From Nitrosopumilus sp. (GTDB taxonomy: Archaea; Thermoproteota; Nitrososphaeria; Nitrososphaerales; Nitrosopumilaceae): a stretch of DNA of 64,000 nt. Both the position numbers and the translations under genes were made by a program. The stretch spans positions 928,001 to 992,000 of the forward strand of contig CBDBLX010000002.1 of assembly GCA_965207445.1 (NCBI GenBank), given 5' to 3'. Within the stretch, counting starts at the first letter, position 1. The number at the start of each line of letters is the position of its first letter. Shown one piece after another: positions 9,622 through 20,887 of this stretch. The notes under the pieces were generated by a model. It was given only the letters and a program-made list of their open reading frames with translations, did not search any database and was not told where the DNA came from.

Positions 9622-10611
9622 TCATTTGGTAACATCTTGCATATTTTTTATTACATTTTGATGTTTGCTACAAAGTTTTTGGCTTGTAATTTGCGTGTGT
9701 ATCATCTCACTTTGCCAGTGTGCATTGTACAGACGACATGATTTGTCTGTGCAGAATGCTTCTCCTGTCTCATAATATGTTACTGCTTGTAACAACAACC
9801 CTTGTACAATAAATGGTATTCGTAAATCATGTCGTGTAATGTAATTGCAATTATTTGTATTTTGTAGCGTATCTTGTAGCGTATCTTGTGTACTGTAGCA
9901 AGCATGCTCATCATTTGCTATATTATTGTACACTGTATTGTGTTTTGTATTGTTTGCATGTTCTGTGAATATTTTTGTCATTTGTCTGATATAGTATTCT
10001 CTTGGCCTTGCAGGTCCATTTACTATACCTGATGTTGATATGATGTATGGATTTGCGCCTACGAGCATACGTACATGATACTTGTAGTCACTTTCATCAA
10101 ATGTGCATACTGTTAAATCTGTAAATATTACATGTAGTGTGCTGTATTGCTGCATTTGAGTTTTAACTGTATTTGTTATATTTGTGGCATGAGTCTTGTC
10201 ACTGCAAATTATCTCTGATGCCACATTACATAAATCAAATCCGTCGTAAATTGCAATTGATTCGTCTGAATCTTTGTCTATTGTTTGTATTTTTGGTTCT
10301 GCTTTTTGTATTATGTCTCCAGTAATGTATCTTGGTGGTTTTTTTATGTCGTGTATGCGTGCAGCTTTTATCTTTTTACTGTATTTGTCTTGTTGTTGTT
10401 TGTTGTTGTTGTCACCGTTGTCACCGTTGTCACCGTTGTCACCGTCACCGTTGTCACCGTTGTCACCGTCACCGTTGTCACAAAATATGTCTCTGTTGTC
10501 GTGTTTTATCTGCACTGGTAATAATTTTTTTACAAACTTCTCTAGTTGTAAAATGTCGATCTCTTTTGCAATTTGAGGATCACAATATGTAATTATTTTT
10601 GATATTTTCAT
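9622..10611 (-). CDS. Putative metallopeptidase (DUF6775-like)
   Basis: GPARPREYY, FC.DKSCRLYNAHWQ and LCSKH; contains low-complexity inserts. Confidence 0.7.
   Translation of the reverse strand: MKISKIITYCDPQIAKEIDILQLEKFVKKLLPVQIKHDNRDIFCDNGDGDNGDNGDGDNGDNGDNGDNNNKQQQDKYSKKIKAARIHDIKKPPRYITGDIIQKAEPKIQTIDKDSDESIAIYDGFDLCNVASEIICSDKTHATNITNTVKTQMQQYSTLHVIFTDLTVCTFDESDYKYHVRMLVGANPYIISTSGIVNGPARPREYYIRQMTKIFTEHANNTKHNTVYNNIANDEHACYSTQDTLQDTLQNTNNCNYITRHDLRIPFIVQGLLLQAVTYYETGEAFCTDKSCRLYNAHWQSEMIHTQITSQKLCSKHQNVIKNMQDVTK
10408..10480. repeat. In-frame (GD)/(GDN) tandem repeat (TCACCGTTG / TCACCG units)
   Basis: Directly visible tandem 9/6-bp units encoding DNGDGDNGDNG... Confidence 0.9.
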
Positions 10612-10626
10612 TGTTTTATAAAGCTG

Positions 10627-11445
10627 TTATCTTTCTTGCTCTTTTATCTTTCTTGCAGTGATCTCTGCTGCCCTCTTTCCTGAAAATAACATAGAGCCAA
10701 ATGTGGGTCCCATGCGTGCAAGACCATGTGTCTCGGTGACAGACATGCCTGCTGCAACTAGTCCTGGATATACTTCTCCTGTCTTTTCGACAACGTGTTC
10801 TTCACCTTCATTAACATACATTGGGTTCATACCTTTCCATGTGACTAGTCCTCTGTCTACTAGTCGTTTTACTGCAACTGAATCATGTCCTGATGCATCT
10901 ATTATCACCTTTGCCTCAAATGCTACTGGGTCTACACATGTTATGTTGCGCGGTAATGCTGATACTGGCATCCAGTTAACAACTATTCCTGAAACTCTTT
11001 GATTCTTTAACACCAGATCATCGAACTTTGTAAGGTTGAGGAACTTTACTCCTGCATCACATGCACCGGCTATCAATTTTGATACTGCGTGTGGGCCTGG
11101 TGTGATGTATAGTCCTTCTCCTGCCTTTTGGTAAGGTACGCCAAGTTCATCCCATATCCTTTGTGCTGGTGCTCTGACTGTAACAGGATTCATCATATAA
11201 CCTCCAAGCCAGTATCCTCCCCCTAGATAATTATTTTGCTCAATTACTAGAACCTTAAAGCCCATGTTTGAGAGGTCTCTACTTGCAGTCAAGCCTGCTG
11301 GGCCTGCTCCTATGATAATGACATCAGACTCTGCTCTATCCATTAACACTTTGTGAAATTCGTCTGCAATGGCCCGAGTAATCTCTACTTCTCTGACGTC
11401 TGCAAATATCTTTGGTTGAACCTCTGCAATTGTGGCTTTTTGCAT
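10627..11445 (-). CDS. thi4: Sulfide-dependent adenosine diphosphate thiazole synthase
   Basis: GAGPAG, GGG.WLGG, VDP, DASGHD and RMGPTFGSMLFSG. Confidence 0.93.
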   Translation of the reverse strand: MQKATIAEVQPKIFADVREVEITRAIADEFHKVLMDRAESDVIIIGAGPAGLTASRDLSNMGFKVLVIEQNNYLGGGYWLGGYMMNPVTVRAPAQRIWDELGVPYQKAGEGLYITPGPHAVSKLIAGACDAGVKFLNLTKFDDLVLKNQRVSGIVVNWMPVSALPRNITCVDPVAFEAKVIIDASGHDSVAVKRLVDRGLVTWKGMNPMYVNEGEEHVVEKTGEVYPGLVAAGMSVTETHGLARMGPTFGSMLFSGKRAAEITARKIKEQER

Positions 11446-11627
11446 ATTTTTGTTATATTCTCTATACATTAATACCTTTTTCAAATACCGTGTTGGTGAC
11501 TGCGTGACTGTTTTTTCTTCTTGTGATCGATGATATCACTCTTCAGAATTAGTACATGTTGTCTGAATTGGGCATAGATCTTTTATTGTCTATACTATTT
11601 GGCAATGCGCAGTTGGTGTGTATTTTA

Positions 11628-12092
11628 CTATTGTAATTTATTATCATTCTTGTCATCATCACCATCATCATCACCATCACTTGAATCCATAGATTCCTCT
11701 ATAGTTAATGGAATTTGTTCACCTTTGCTATCCCATGCACGTACAGATGAATCTGAATATGGAAACCCAACAATTACTGATACTAGTCCAAAAAAGTTAT
11801 GCAGATCCGTGACTGATGGCTCTGGTGAACCACTTGGATGTGAGTGTACCATACCAACATAACTCATATCAAATGGTAAAAATGAGTGTGGGAATCCTGC
11901 AAACGTGGGCCCTGATTCACTAAATGGTGGTATCACCAATCCATCTACTGTTATGGTGCCTTTTTTTGATTTGCCCCTTAGTATCAAGACGCCTTCATTA
12001 GGGTGTTTCATTTGACAATATGAAAATATACTGTCCATTACTTTTCGCTTGAATACTACACAACGTTCAATTTTTGACTTTTTAAATAACAT
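11628..12092 (-). CDS. Mov34/MPN/PAD-1 (JAMM) metalloprotease
   Basis: HPNE plus the HSHP...PS..D JAMM motif; acidic low-complexity tail. Confidence 0.9.
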   Translation of the reverse strand: MLFKKSKIERCVVFKRKVMDSIFSYCQMKHPNEGVLILRGKSKKGTITVDGLVIPPFSESGPTFAGFPHSFLPFDMSYVGMVHSHPSGSPEPSVTDLHNFFGLVSVIVGFPYSDSSVRAWDSKGEQIPLTIEESMDSSDGDDDGDDDKNDNKLQ

Positions 12093-12192
12093 ATTGTCTG
12101 TACTGAATGCACGTTTAAGAGTATGGCGATTGTACTCTACTAATCATACAAAACAGTGTATAATATATGCATACTAACATTTACAAAATTTA

Positions 12193-13596
12193 TTAGGTGA
12201 TCTCATATTTTATTCCAGTGTGCTGTCGTAGTCGTATCTGAATGTCTGATCTCATGTTTGAGATTGCAATCTCATCTTCTTTGATCTCTGTTTTCAATGA
12301 TGTGTATCGTGTTTGATTGTCATCAAGCATTGACATCATCTTTGATAAATTATTCTCATACTCCTCAAGACCTATTGGCTTTGCAGATTTGGCTAAATCC
12401 GATAATTCTTTGTGATGTTTTTTACATTCTTCTATCTTGCTTGCATATGATTCTATTTCATCTGCAGTGTTTGCAAGTGCCGCGATTGTTTTTTCAAGAT
12501 CTTTGACAGATATTGATTTTGTAGCTACTGCTCGTCGCACATTTAATAGTATTGTAGATATTGTGTCAAGATTGTCTGTGCAAATTACATTTGATGGATT
12601 AGTCACTAGACTTGCTAGAACCTTTTGTTGTTCTTTGTCAAGTGATGATCCATACTCGTATCTCCCAAGCGGTCTTGATATTTTTGCAAATTGGGCATTT
12701 ATCTCTGCTTGTACTTTTGACAATTTTTGTTCTGCGCCCTGTATTTCTGATAACTTGGACATATATTCTTTGTATGATGTAGATGATTTTATCTCAGATA
12801 TGGATAATTCTATTTTGGATATGTGAGATTTTGTATCTTTGATGTTAGAGTCTATATCTGCAATTTTTTGTATTTTTTTTACATGATCTTTTTGTCTTTT
12901 TACAAGTTTGTCTAGTTCATCTGATATGTTTTTTGAATCCAAATTTGCTTGGTTGTATCTGTTTAGTATGTTTTGAATATCATTATGTTCTGTCTTCATT
13001 GCAGCTAGATTGTCTTTGAATCTGTTGGCATGTTTTTTTGCAAATATGTGTATAACGCGCGTTTGTCTGCCGAGCACATCTCCGACTTTTTTTAATGTTT
13101 GACGTAGTATGATCTCTGTTTTTATTGCATCTTCAATAGAGTTCACATTTGGTAGATGTGTGACACCACGACGTATTACATCAATTACTTGTTTTTTACC
13201 ACGTACCACAATAATTGCAAGATGTTTGTCTATGGATTCAACATTTAGATCATCTTGTTCCAAAGTTCTCCCCATCTGAATTAACTCATTAATCATTGGT
13301 TCGGTTTTGTCTCTGATGTCTTTTATGGTGTGTGTGGCATGTTGCTCTCTTTGTGCATCAAATTTTGCTAAAACTTGGGCTATATTCTCAACTAGAAGAT
13401 CTTCTGTTAGTTGATCTTCTGATGTATATGGTGTTGGTACGCCGCTGTTGCTAATGTGCACCGTGCCCATTGAGCCGGGGCGATGAGGTGGACTGATCTG
13501 TGCTTTTGTGTCTTCATTAAAAGAATCATGTGCATATTCTTTATGTGGTTTTTCATCTGTCTCTTTTTTCTTTTTTCTACCAAACCCAAATACCAT
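12193..13596 (-). CDS. Conserved coiled-coil hypothetical protein
   Basis: Long ORF; heptad-rich; IIVVRGKKQV and KISRPLGRYEY blocks resemble Nitrosopumilus proteins. Confidence 0.75.
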   Translation of the reverse strand: MVFGFGRKKKKETDEKPHKEYAHDSFNEDTKAQISPPHRPGSMGTVHISNSGVPTPYTSEDQLTEDLLVENIAQVLAKFDAQREQHATHTIKDIRDKTEPMINELIQMGRTLEQDDLNVESIDKHLAIIVVRGKKQVIDVIRRGVTHLPNVNSIEDAIKTEIILRQTLKKVGDVLGRQTRVIHIFAKKHANRFKDNLAAMKTEHNDIQNILNRYNQANLDSKNISDELDKLVKRQKDHVKKIQKIADIDSNIKDTKSHISKIELSISEIKSSTSYKEYMSKLSEIQGAEQKLSKVQAEINAQFAKISRPLGRYEYGSSLDKEQQKVLASLVTNPSNVICTDNLDTISTILLNVRRAVATKSISVKDLEKTIAALANTADEIESYASKIEECKKHHKELSDLAKSAKPIGLEEYENNLSKMMSMLDDNQTRYTSLKTEIKEDEIAISNMRSDIQIRLRQHTGIKYEIT

Positions 13597-13715
13597 ACAT
13601 GTCAATTATACATGTAGAATTAAAAATTATTGCATGGTTGACAAATGTACTTGTGTGGTCATGTTTTGCGCAGATTGTTAAATAAAACTTATACTGTGAT
13701 AGATATAATGCATTA

Positions 13716-14171
13716 ATGGTAATGAAAGAATACATAGATACAATCAATGTACGCTCAAAAAAAATAAAGACCACCCCGCAAAAGGCATGGGGTCTTATTG
13801 GTGATATTGCATCGATGCCACGATGGGCGCCTGGTGTCAAAAAGGTGATTATAAAGTCCAAGAATCGACGTGGAATTGGTGCGGTGAGAGATGTAGTGTT
13901 TGATGATGGTTGTGTAATAGAAGAGCATGTTGTATTATGGGATGCCAAAAAAAGATTCACATATGTTGCAACTGCTGGACTACCCTTACATGTATATGTG
14001 GCCACTATTTCAATAAACGAAAAAACAAGTGACTATATAGATATAACCTGGCAGTCATATCTAACTAGCAATAAAATGCCAAAAAAAGATTTCCAAAAAC
14101 TACTATGTGATATGCATGTCTTTTATGATGAGTCACTGAATAACATGAGCCGTATTTTACAAATATCTTGA
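13716..14171 (+). CDS. SRPBCC/START-domain (polyketide cyclase-like) protein
   Basis: W..I.D...PRWAPGV, GIGAVR and IEEHVV.WD. Confidence 0.85.
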   Translation: MVMKEYIDTINVRSKKIKTTPQKAWGLIGDIASMPRWAPGVKKVIIKSKNRRGIGAVRDVVFDDGCVIEEHVVLWDAKKRFTYVATAGLPLHVYVATISINEKTSDYIDITWQSYLTSNKMPKKDFQKLLCDMHVFYDESLNNMSRILQIS

Positions 14172-14192
14172 TATGGTAATTGGACTTTAGTA

Positions 14193-15880
14193 TAGCGACG
14201 AGCATAAGTTTCTGTACAGTGAATTTTTGTGATTTCGTGCCTGAAATAATCACATGTGGCAAAGTCCAATTGTGAAAACGTTACAGGAAATCACAATATG
14301 ACTATTTTTATGTTCAAAATTATGGCAGTGTGTTGCAATATGCACAATCATGCACCAAAGAATGGAATACAATTCAAGATTGAGATGGATGATTACGATG
14401 TGTGCTTACGTGTAGCGATAACCATGTTGAGAGAAGATGTACCTGAGCAATAATGCAATTTCATATTGCTAGTTTGTCTTTTTCTTTTTTGTTTTTGTTG
14501 TTGTTGCTATCGGGACGGTTATGTTACATTTCTCTGCTTCAGAACTCAGTTCACCTTCCAATCTGACGATTGGACGCATTACCCCTTTGGGCGGTTTTCG
14601 TTTCCAGAATTTGGTAAAATTATAATCAAACATGTATTCGTTGATAAATTTGAATACTGCTTCTTTGTGTGCATCAACAGTTGCATATCTTATAGAATTG
14701 TTGATTGATAATTTGAGTACGCCCCACAGTTCCTCAACAGGATTTAGGTACGGATGCCCTACTGGATACCACACTAACATAATGTCCGGGTGGTTTTTGA
14801 AATATTTCATTGCATCATTTGAGGTGTGATATGTTGCTCTGTCAAGAACAAGCACCATCTTTCCAATTTTTTGATACATACGATCAACATGCTCCAAAAA
14901 TGAGGCAGTGTTTGCAGTGCTACAGGAATTATAGAATAATTCTCCAGTTGATGTCATTGAACACAGCATGCTGAATCTATGATGATTCCCACTCCAAAAC
15001 GAGTATATGCGTACTCCCACTTTTGACCAAAACTTACGTGACCTCTCAGAATCTCGAATGTGTGATTCATCCATTGTCACTATTGTGTATCCTTTTTTGC
15101 TAAACTTTTCTAGTGTTTTAAAGAGTCGATATCTCCAAACTCGAACAGTTGTCATCTTGGCACGATTGATCTCAATTGGTTCTGTCTTTTTCTTTGAGCA
15201 TTTCCACTGTCTCATGTATCTTCGAACTTGTGTTATACTTAGCCGTGTACCTGACAACTCAAATATCTTATCAGATATTTCAATAGATTCAAAACCTTTG
15301 CCATCACACCATTGTCTTACTTTATCAAGTATGGCTCTGTCAACTTTTGTCGGACATCCTGATCTAGGTTTGTCTGATAATGCATCTCGAATACCTTTTG
15401 GTGTCTTTCTTGCAGCCTTTAATCTGTGCCACCACATTGAAACTGTTCTTCTATCGCAGCTGTGTTTTCGTCCAGTATCACTAAATGTACCCAAACTAAG
15501 AAACAAAATCAACATGCACAATCTGCGTACGACACGACCGTCTTTTTCGGTTTTTCTTATGTTCGACAACTGCTCAAGTATGTCCATACCCTAGTAAATA
15601 ATTTGATCATTTAAAACTTTCCTAAAATTAGGCACGCCTAAGCGTGCCGCAAAATTTTTTCGGTAACGCAGCATATTTGTCAATTACAAACTAGCAAAGT
15701 ATAAAGTACTAATTTCTTGGGCATAGTACACACACTGCGCTTATTACAATGCACACCTGAAATATATCTATTCATATTAAAAACAGATGTAACGTTTTCA
15801 AAATACAATATTTTTGCATATGATCTTTTCAGGCATAAAATCGTGTAAAATTGGTGTACATGGACTTATGCTCGTCGCTA
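14193..15880 (-). mobile_element. IS630-family element, copy 2 (1688 bp)
   Basis: Same TIRs as copy 1; TA duplication at 14191-92 and 15881-82. Confidence 0.95.
14469..15587 (-). CDS. IS630-family transposase
   Basis: Differs from copy 1 by only a few N-terminal residues. Confidence 0.95.
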   Translation of the reverse strand: MDILEQLSNIRKTEKDGRVVRRLCMLILFLSLGTFSDTGRKHSCDRRTVSMWWHRLKAARKTPKGIRDALSDKPRSGCPTKVDRAILDKVRQWCDGKGFESIEISDKIFELSGTRLSITQVRRYMRQWKCSKKKTEPIEINRAKMTTVRVWRYRLFKTLEKFSKKGYTIVTMDESHIRDSERSRKFWSKVGVRIYSFWSGNHHRFSMLCSMTSTGELFYNSCSTANTASFLEHVDRMYQKIGKMVLVLDRATYHTSNDAMKYFKNHPDIMLVWYPVGHPYLNPVEELWGVLKLSINNSIRYATVDAHKEAVFKFINEYMFDYNFTKFWKRKPPKGVMRPIVRLEGELSSEAEKCNITVPIATTTKTKKKKTN

Positions 15881-16185
15881 TAGATCACTTGTGTTGTATA
15901 TGTTGAGAAAGATGTGCTAGAGGGTAATAACACATTACATCTGTATGCAGATTCACATGAACATGAGTGCGATTGTACATATTTGAATTAACAAAGTGAA
16001 TATATTTTTTGAACTAACCATATTGGTACGAAAAACACAGCAGAGTAGAAATTCAGATGGTATAGATTATGATTCGCACAAAACAAAATACAAACAAACA
16101 GTAGGGTAGAAAAATAACTATATGAATTCCTAGCGTAAGCAAGGTGAAAAAAAACACAAAAATAACCACAAAAACATTGCTAAAT

Positions 16186-16904
16186 TGGAGCGGACCCAGT
16201 TAATGAGAACGCGCACTTTCATACAACTTAAAGCCCGCAGAGGATGGACAGGGGCATGACAATGACCACGTTTACACCAGATTAAAAGATCCAGATAGTG
16301 CTAGAGTCAATCAAGACCCACATAGAGGTGGCAGAACTGTACCGCAAACACAACCTGCACTCGCAGACATTTCAGGCATAGAGGCAAAAGTTCATGGATG
16401 CAGGCAAGGCCCGTCTTAGTCAGTGAAAGGATCAGTCCAAGGCTATGAAACAGGAAAATGACGATCTCAGGCGCATAATAGGTGATCTCACAATTGCCAA
16501 CGACGCTTTAAAAAAACCTTGGAGGCAAGCAGAGATTGACTGCGGCCAGAATAATGCACAAACATGAGCCTGCGCAAGGCTATAGAGTACTCGGGTATAT
16601 CAAGGCGCCAATGATACTACAAGTCGTGGAAAGTGGGATTGGATTCGGACGTGGTGTCCGACGTGCGCAGGATAAGCAAGAAACGGACCACGTATGGCAC
16701 GCGATGCATGGCAGCTCAGATGACACATGATGCAAAAACTGCAACAAATCGCAAAGCAAATTCTGCGTATGTGTCGTAAGATCGGCTATTCAGCCACAAA
16801 AGATGAAAAATGACATCATACAAGACGCAAACTCTTCAAGCCAGAGGCCTCAAACCAACTGTGGGAGGCAGACATCACATACATACCGTGCGGGATCCAC
16901 TCCA
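16186..16904 (+). mobile_element. IS3-family element, internally deleted and pseudogenised
   Basis: TG...CA ends (TGGAGCGGACCC / GGGATCCACTCCA). OrfA from 16256 (KIQIVLES..AEL.RKH..ENDDLRRIIGDLT) has three stops. A7C slippery site at 16510-17. The OrfB text PNQLWEADITYIP runs directly into the right IR. Confidence 0.85.
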
Positions 16905-16968
16905 GATTAACTCTATTTTTGCTCTATTTTGAATTAAACTAAAATTGCGTAAATTTTATTGTGTTGTA

Positions 16969-17433
16969 ATGGGTGACATTAGATTCACTATGGTTGGTAT
17001 AGTACTGATCTTTGTTGGATTTGTAATATTTGGGGCTGTTGGAAATGAATACCGATTTGTATCTATAGAATCTGATGAATTTGGAACGTGTTATAGATAT
17101 TTTGATGATGCTGAACCTATCAAGGTGGATTGTTCGTACAGAATGGGTGAGCAAATTATACTATTTGGCGTTGTGATTGCACTATTTGGATCTGGTGTTA
17201 TATCATTAATCAAAGGTATACGCGGTAATTGGGATAGCAAGGTAAGACCTGAAGATATGGTGGGACCTCAAAATAACTTTGATACAGACAAAAAAGATAA
17301 ACCTCATTATCATGACAGCGATTTAAATGATATTTTTAATGATAATGATGATGATAATGATGATGATAATAATAGTAATAGTGATCATGTCCAGAGTAAT
17401 GGGGACTATACAGATACAAAAAAAGACGATTAA
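16969..17433 (+). CDS. Conserved two-TM membrane hypothetical protein with acidic tail
   Basis: Two hydrophobic segments; KG.RG.WDSKVRPEDMVGP; D/N-rich C-terminus. Confidence 0.75.
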   Translation: MGDIRFTMVGIVLIFVGFVIFGAVGNEYRFVSIESDEFGTCYRYFDDAEPIKVDCSYRMGEQIILFGVVIALFGSGVISLIKGIRGNWDSKVRPEDMVGPQNNFDTDKKDKPHYHDSDLNDIFNDNDDDNDDDNNSNSDHVQSNGDYTDTKKDD

Positions 17434-17566
17434 CTAGGGGCAATTAAAAATCACCAAACTTATTTAGTATTAATAATTTGCATCCACGTTAATACAAAAT
17501 TTTACACGTGTTATAGGCAACAAATACCAATTCAAACACTTACACACCTGTACAACATATTGTGTA

Positions 17567-17800
17567 CTAGTCTTCTTTTTCTACGAGTGTGACCGTTGTA
17601 CGAACCTTTGGAATATTCTTTATATTCCATGTTATAACCTCTCGAACCTTTTCAAAGTTCTCTGCTTCTAGCTTCACCAACATGTCGTGTGCTCCCATAG
17701 TCTCAGATATGTGCAACACATTCTCAAGTGTTTTGAGTTTTTCTACAATCTCTTCCTCTGCACCTAGATCACAGTTGAGCATCACATATGCAATAGTCAT
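17567..17800 (-). CDS. Stand-alone Lrp/AsnC ligand-binding domain protein
   Basis: AYVMLNCDLGAE...GAHDMLVKLE...IKNIPKVRTTVTL. Confidence 0.9.
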   Translation of the reverse strand: MTIAYVMLNCDLGAEEEIVEKLKTLENVLHISETMGAHDMLVKLEAENFEKVREVITWNIKNIPKVRTTVTLVEKED

Positions 17801-17971
17801 AAGTACACAAATCTTATCTATCGTTTAAGTATTTGTTGTTATCTAGTTTGTTGCATAATTCGACAACCATCTCTGCTTGCACGCTACGTCCATACCATTA
17901 GGATAGACGTCTTATGTCCCAAGCAATTTGGTCCAAAAACACTATTTGGCTTTAAATTAGACCTCGTGTGA

Positions 17972-19668
17972 GTGATTGGTGCGTAATTCATCAAATCGCT
18001 ACCTGCATCGTACTTGCAAAGTCATCTGCAAATATCGCCAGAGTTTTATATGTATAAATTAAATTAATTAATAAGCTCATATATAAAAGTATCTGCGCGC
18101 ATACTAAAAGTTACTTATAGGAGCATCCCAATTGAATGATTGCTAATGACCAAAGGGGATGCTGAACAACGTTGACTAGCCAATGTTATCAACGTATCGT
18201 TTGAGAAGTGTGGTGGAACGGCGACATATGTGTGGTAGGTTGCCACAACATGCTATACTACACAGAGCATGACGCCCATTACAGTGTATGATTTGTGATG
18301 AATGTGGCGACTGCTTGTTGTTTGTGTAAATTTAGTATGTGGGTTTCAAATAAGAACAGATTATGGAGGTAGACTGTACAGTGACAGAGCCGTAGCACAA
18401 GCGACGAAGGTTACTGGCTGTATTACGAACAGGCACGCAAATCTGAGCAAGATTTTATGCGCAAGACATGGTTGTCGGCGATACGGAAAAAACCCACATC
18501 ATGCCAAGGAAAAGAAGACAAATAGAGGGAGCGGATGCAAGCCGGTACACTTGCGTGACAAGATGGATTTTTTGTGTCTTTTAAAAGTTGCAAAAAATAT
18601 TCCTTTTCGTGACGTGATAAATGATCTTGGATATATGCATGATGAGCAAGTTGACGAGTCGGAGCATGATTAGTTGGGTGACCAAACATATACAAACAAT
18701 TGATCTCAACTGGCTTGATTCTATTTTGGCATATACTGCCAATATGTGTCTAACTGAACTTGAAAAATCGGGGACAGATTCGGTACCGATAAAAGATAAA
18801 GAGTCCATACTTACGCACGGGTATAAGGATTTTGAGGGCGGTAAACAAGACGTAAAAAAAGAACCTACAGCTCCGATTGGGGTATAGACAGTAGTGGGGT
18901 AGAGACCGACAGATACGAAAAACAACAAAGACTTAATCATTTACTACAAGACTTAACTGACACGCGTCAAGACGTACCTAAAATATCATATTACTCGACA
19001 AGTGGACACCAGATCATACTTGCATCATACACAATTCCAAGCAATGCAAGTGACACGTCAATGCTTCCATATATGGTCAACTTTCTCATAAAAAACACAC
19101 ACAGATTAAAGAACGCTTATTCAACGGAGACAAGGGATACGACTCGGATTAAAACTGCGAGATAATATTTGATGCAAACATGAAGCCGAACATAAAGCAG
19201 CGCAATCATACGGCAGGTCATACAAACCGTGGCAAACCACCAAGCAGAAAAAAGGCAGCGGAAATCTTCGACAAAGATGCATACAAACAACGCGCACTTA
19301 TCGAGGCAATATTTGGAGCAGTAGAAGAGACAAAGAATCACAGGCTACACTGTCGTATGCGTCTGGCCAAAAACAGTAAGCGGTTTGGCGAAATACTATC
19401 GATTGCATGGAATATCAACGTCCTGAACAGATTTATCTGCGCTCATAAAAAAGGGCAAAAAATTCCATCATACAAATGATATCTACTGCTATCACACTTG
19501 CGCGTTTCATGTTCTATAATCTATGTCTGCCAAAACAACACACATGTATATTCAAAAATAAAACACACTATAGATAGATTTCAGTCTTTATAGATTGAAT
19601 GTGCAATAAACCGAGTAATCTCACAAAAGGGTCACAGGTAGCCCTAATGTCAATTACGCACCGACCTC
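17972..19668 (+). mobile_element. IS5-like element, full-length but degenerate copy (transposase pseudogene)
   Basis: Ends GTGATTGGTGCGTAATT / AATTACGCACCGACCTC; ORF fragments 18302-19479 match the 364-aa transposase with multiple frameshifts and stops. Confidence 0.92.
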
Positions 19669-19693
19669 TTTCCACGCAGAGTTTGGTTCATAC
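19669..19693. repeat. Solo right end of MITE family B
   Basis: TTTCCACGCAGAGTTTGGTTCATAC resembles TTTCCACGCACAGAACTTGGTTCACAC (7091-7117). Confidence 0.6.
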
Positions 19694-19870
19694 GGATGTG
19701 GACGTCCATATCCGGGATCCATCTTGTGTCGCGTGTTGATTTGCCTAGTATTTCCCGTAGCCTGTGCATGGACTTCCCGGCCGTTAAACTCCCGCGCCAC
19801 GAATGATGTTAGTCCAGATCTTAATGGCCATTGCGCCGTCTACAAGATCCTTGTTGGTCGCAGAAATCAT
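19694..19870 (-). pseudogene. 5' relic of a DUF499 ATPase gene (Swt1-like HEPN N-terminus)
   Basis: Manual translation with frameshifts gives MISATNKDLVDGAMA/LRSGLTSFVAREF../..WIPDMDVHI, resembling the TN..RV..A...LR.GL..FV.RE...WDV N-terminus of DUF499 proteins. Confidence 0.55.
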
Positions 19871-19871
19871 G

Positions 19872-20309
19872 TCATCTACCTAGAGCGTCTCCTAGAAGTA
19901 TGCCCCGGCTCTCAAACTCTGCAGATATCAATCCATAAATTGAATGTGCCACGGATTTTGCCCTTGTTGCGTCCTCATAAGTGGGCTCGGGCCAGTCACC
20001 CGGATATCGGGCGCTGACAGACCAGCCGGTAATTTTGGACAGATCCGTGTGTTCATTTTTTACAATCCAATTGCCCGGGAGCATATCAAGCAGACTGTCC
20101 AAGTCATGGATATGCGTAACTCGTATTTGTTCTAATGTCAGGGCGGACTTTATGGCCTTTTCTGCAGACTGTTGGCACAGCCAGCAGACAAGAGCAAATG
20201 AATCAGGCTTTGCGTTTATCAAGTATGATGCATTTTCTAGATCTTTGTTCGAGTATTGCAGCCATCGAAGTGCCACCTTCTCTGTCTTGGGGTTAGTTAG
20301 TTTTTTCAT
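19872..20309 (-). CDS. HEPN-domain protein (toxin of an MNT-HEPN pair)
   Basis: WL..S..DL..A, CQQSAEKAIKS, HDL..LL and SARYPG. Confidence 0.92.
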   Translation of the reverse strand: MKKLTNPKTEKVALRWLQYSNKDLENASYLINAKPDSFALVCWLCQQSAEKAIKSALTLEQIRVTHIHDLDSLLDMLPGNWIVKNEHTDLSKITGWSVSARYPGDWPEPTYEDATRAKSVAHSIYGLISAEFESRGILLGDALGR

Positions 20310-20613
20310 ACATGATCCTTCCTTCTTGAAGAGCTTCATAAGCCAGGGTTCCTATCACGTCGCCCTCCTCCTCGATCTCCCTCGGGGTAATTACTATGAT
20401 GTCTTTGCTAATTGGAACATCCCTCAGCGAGCTCCGTATTTTCGCTGCGGTTTGGTACTTGTTTGGAATGCGGCTCAGCACGACCATCAGATCCACGTCA
20501 CTTGAATCGTCTGTGTCACCGCGCGCCTGGGAGCCAAAAAGTATGATGCGGGTTGGCTTGAACCGCTCGACAATACGATCAACCATGACTGATATGAGAT
20601 CAGCGGTTGTCAT
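20293..20613 (-). CDS. Minimal nucleotidyltransferase (MNT antitoxin)
   Basis: ILFGSQARG...SSDVDL motif; overlaps the HEPN start. Confidence 0.93.
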   Translation of the reverse strand: MTTADLISVMVDRIVERFKPTRIILFGSQARGDTDDSSDVDLMVVLSRIPNKYQTAAKIRSSLRDVPISKDIIVITPREIEEEGDVIGTLAYEALQEGRIMYEKTN

Positions 20614-20887
20614 ATGGTTTCATCCCCTCAGATGCCGATACGGACTCCCTTGAAAGCCCGGATATCTCCGGCCAGCGCTGGACCAGCGCGTCATAGTCCC
20701 GAGCCTCTTGCGCATAGTTCTTTTGCTTGCACATGTGGTAGAGCCGGTATGTCAGTTCCCGGGAACTCACTGCATTAGAACTGAGTTTGGCCATCAAGAC
20801 TGCTGCCGCCGACTTGCCCCCTTTGAGCACCCGTACCATGTGGTGTGTGGCCGTACATACCATAAATCTCTTATCCTGTTCGGGATC
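20600..20887 (-). pseudogene. 3' relic of a DUF1156-type adenine DNA methylase gene
   Basis: DPEQDKR...ATHHMVRVL..GKSAAA.L.AKL....SRELTYRLY..C..K..AQEA..Y.ALVQRWPEI resembles the DUF1156 protein C-terminus; cut upstream by a MITE. Confidence 0.7.

Noticed and set aside
10274..10592. Cys/His/Arg- and Val/Thr-repeat ORFs on the plus strand
   Set aside because: Antisense readings of the GDN tandem repeat.
4525..15880. RNA-guided (TnpB/IscB/IS110 bridge) system associated with the IS elements
   Set aside because: No RuvC/HNH nuclease or DEDD recombinase ORF is seen; all transposases are classical DDE types.
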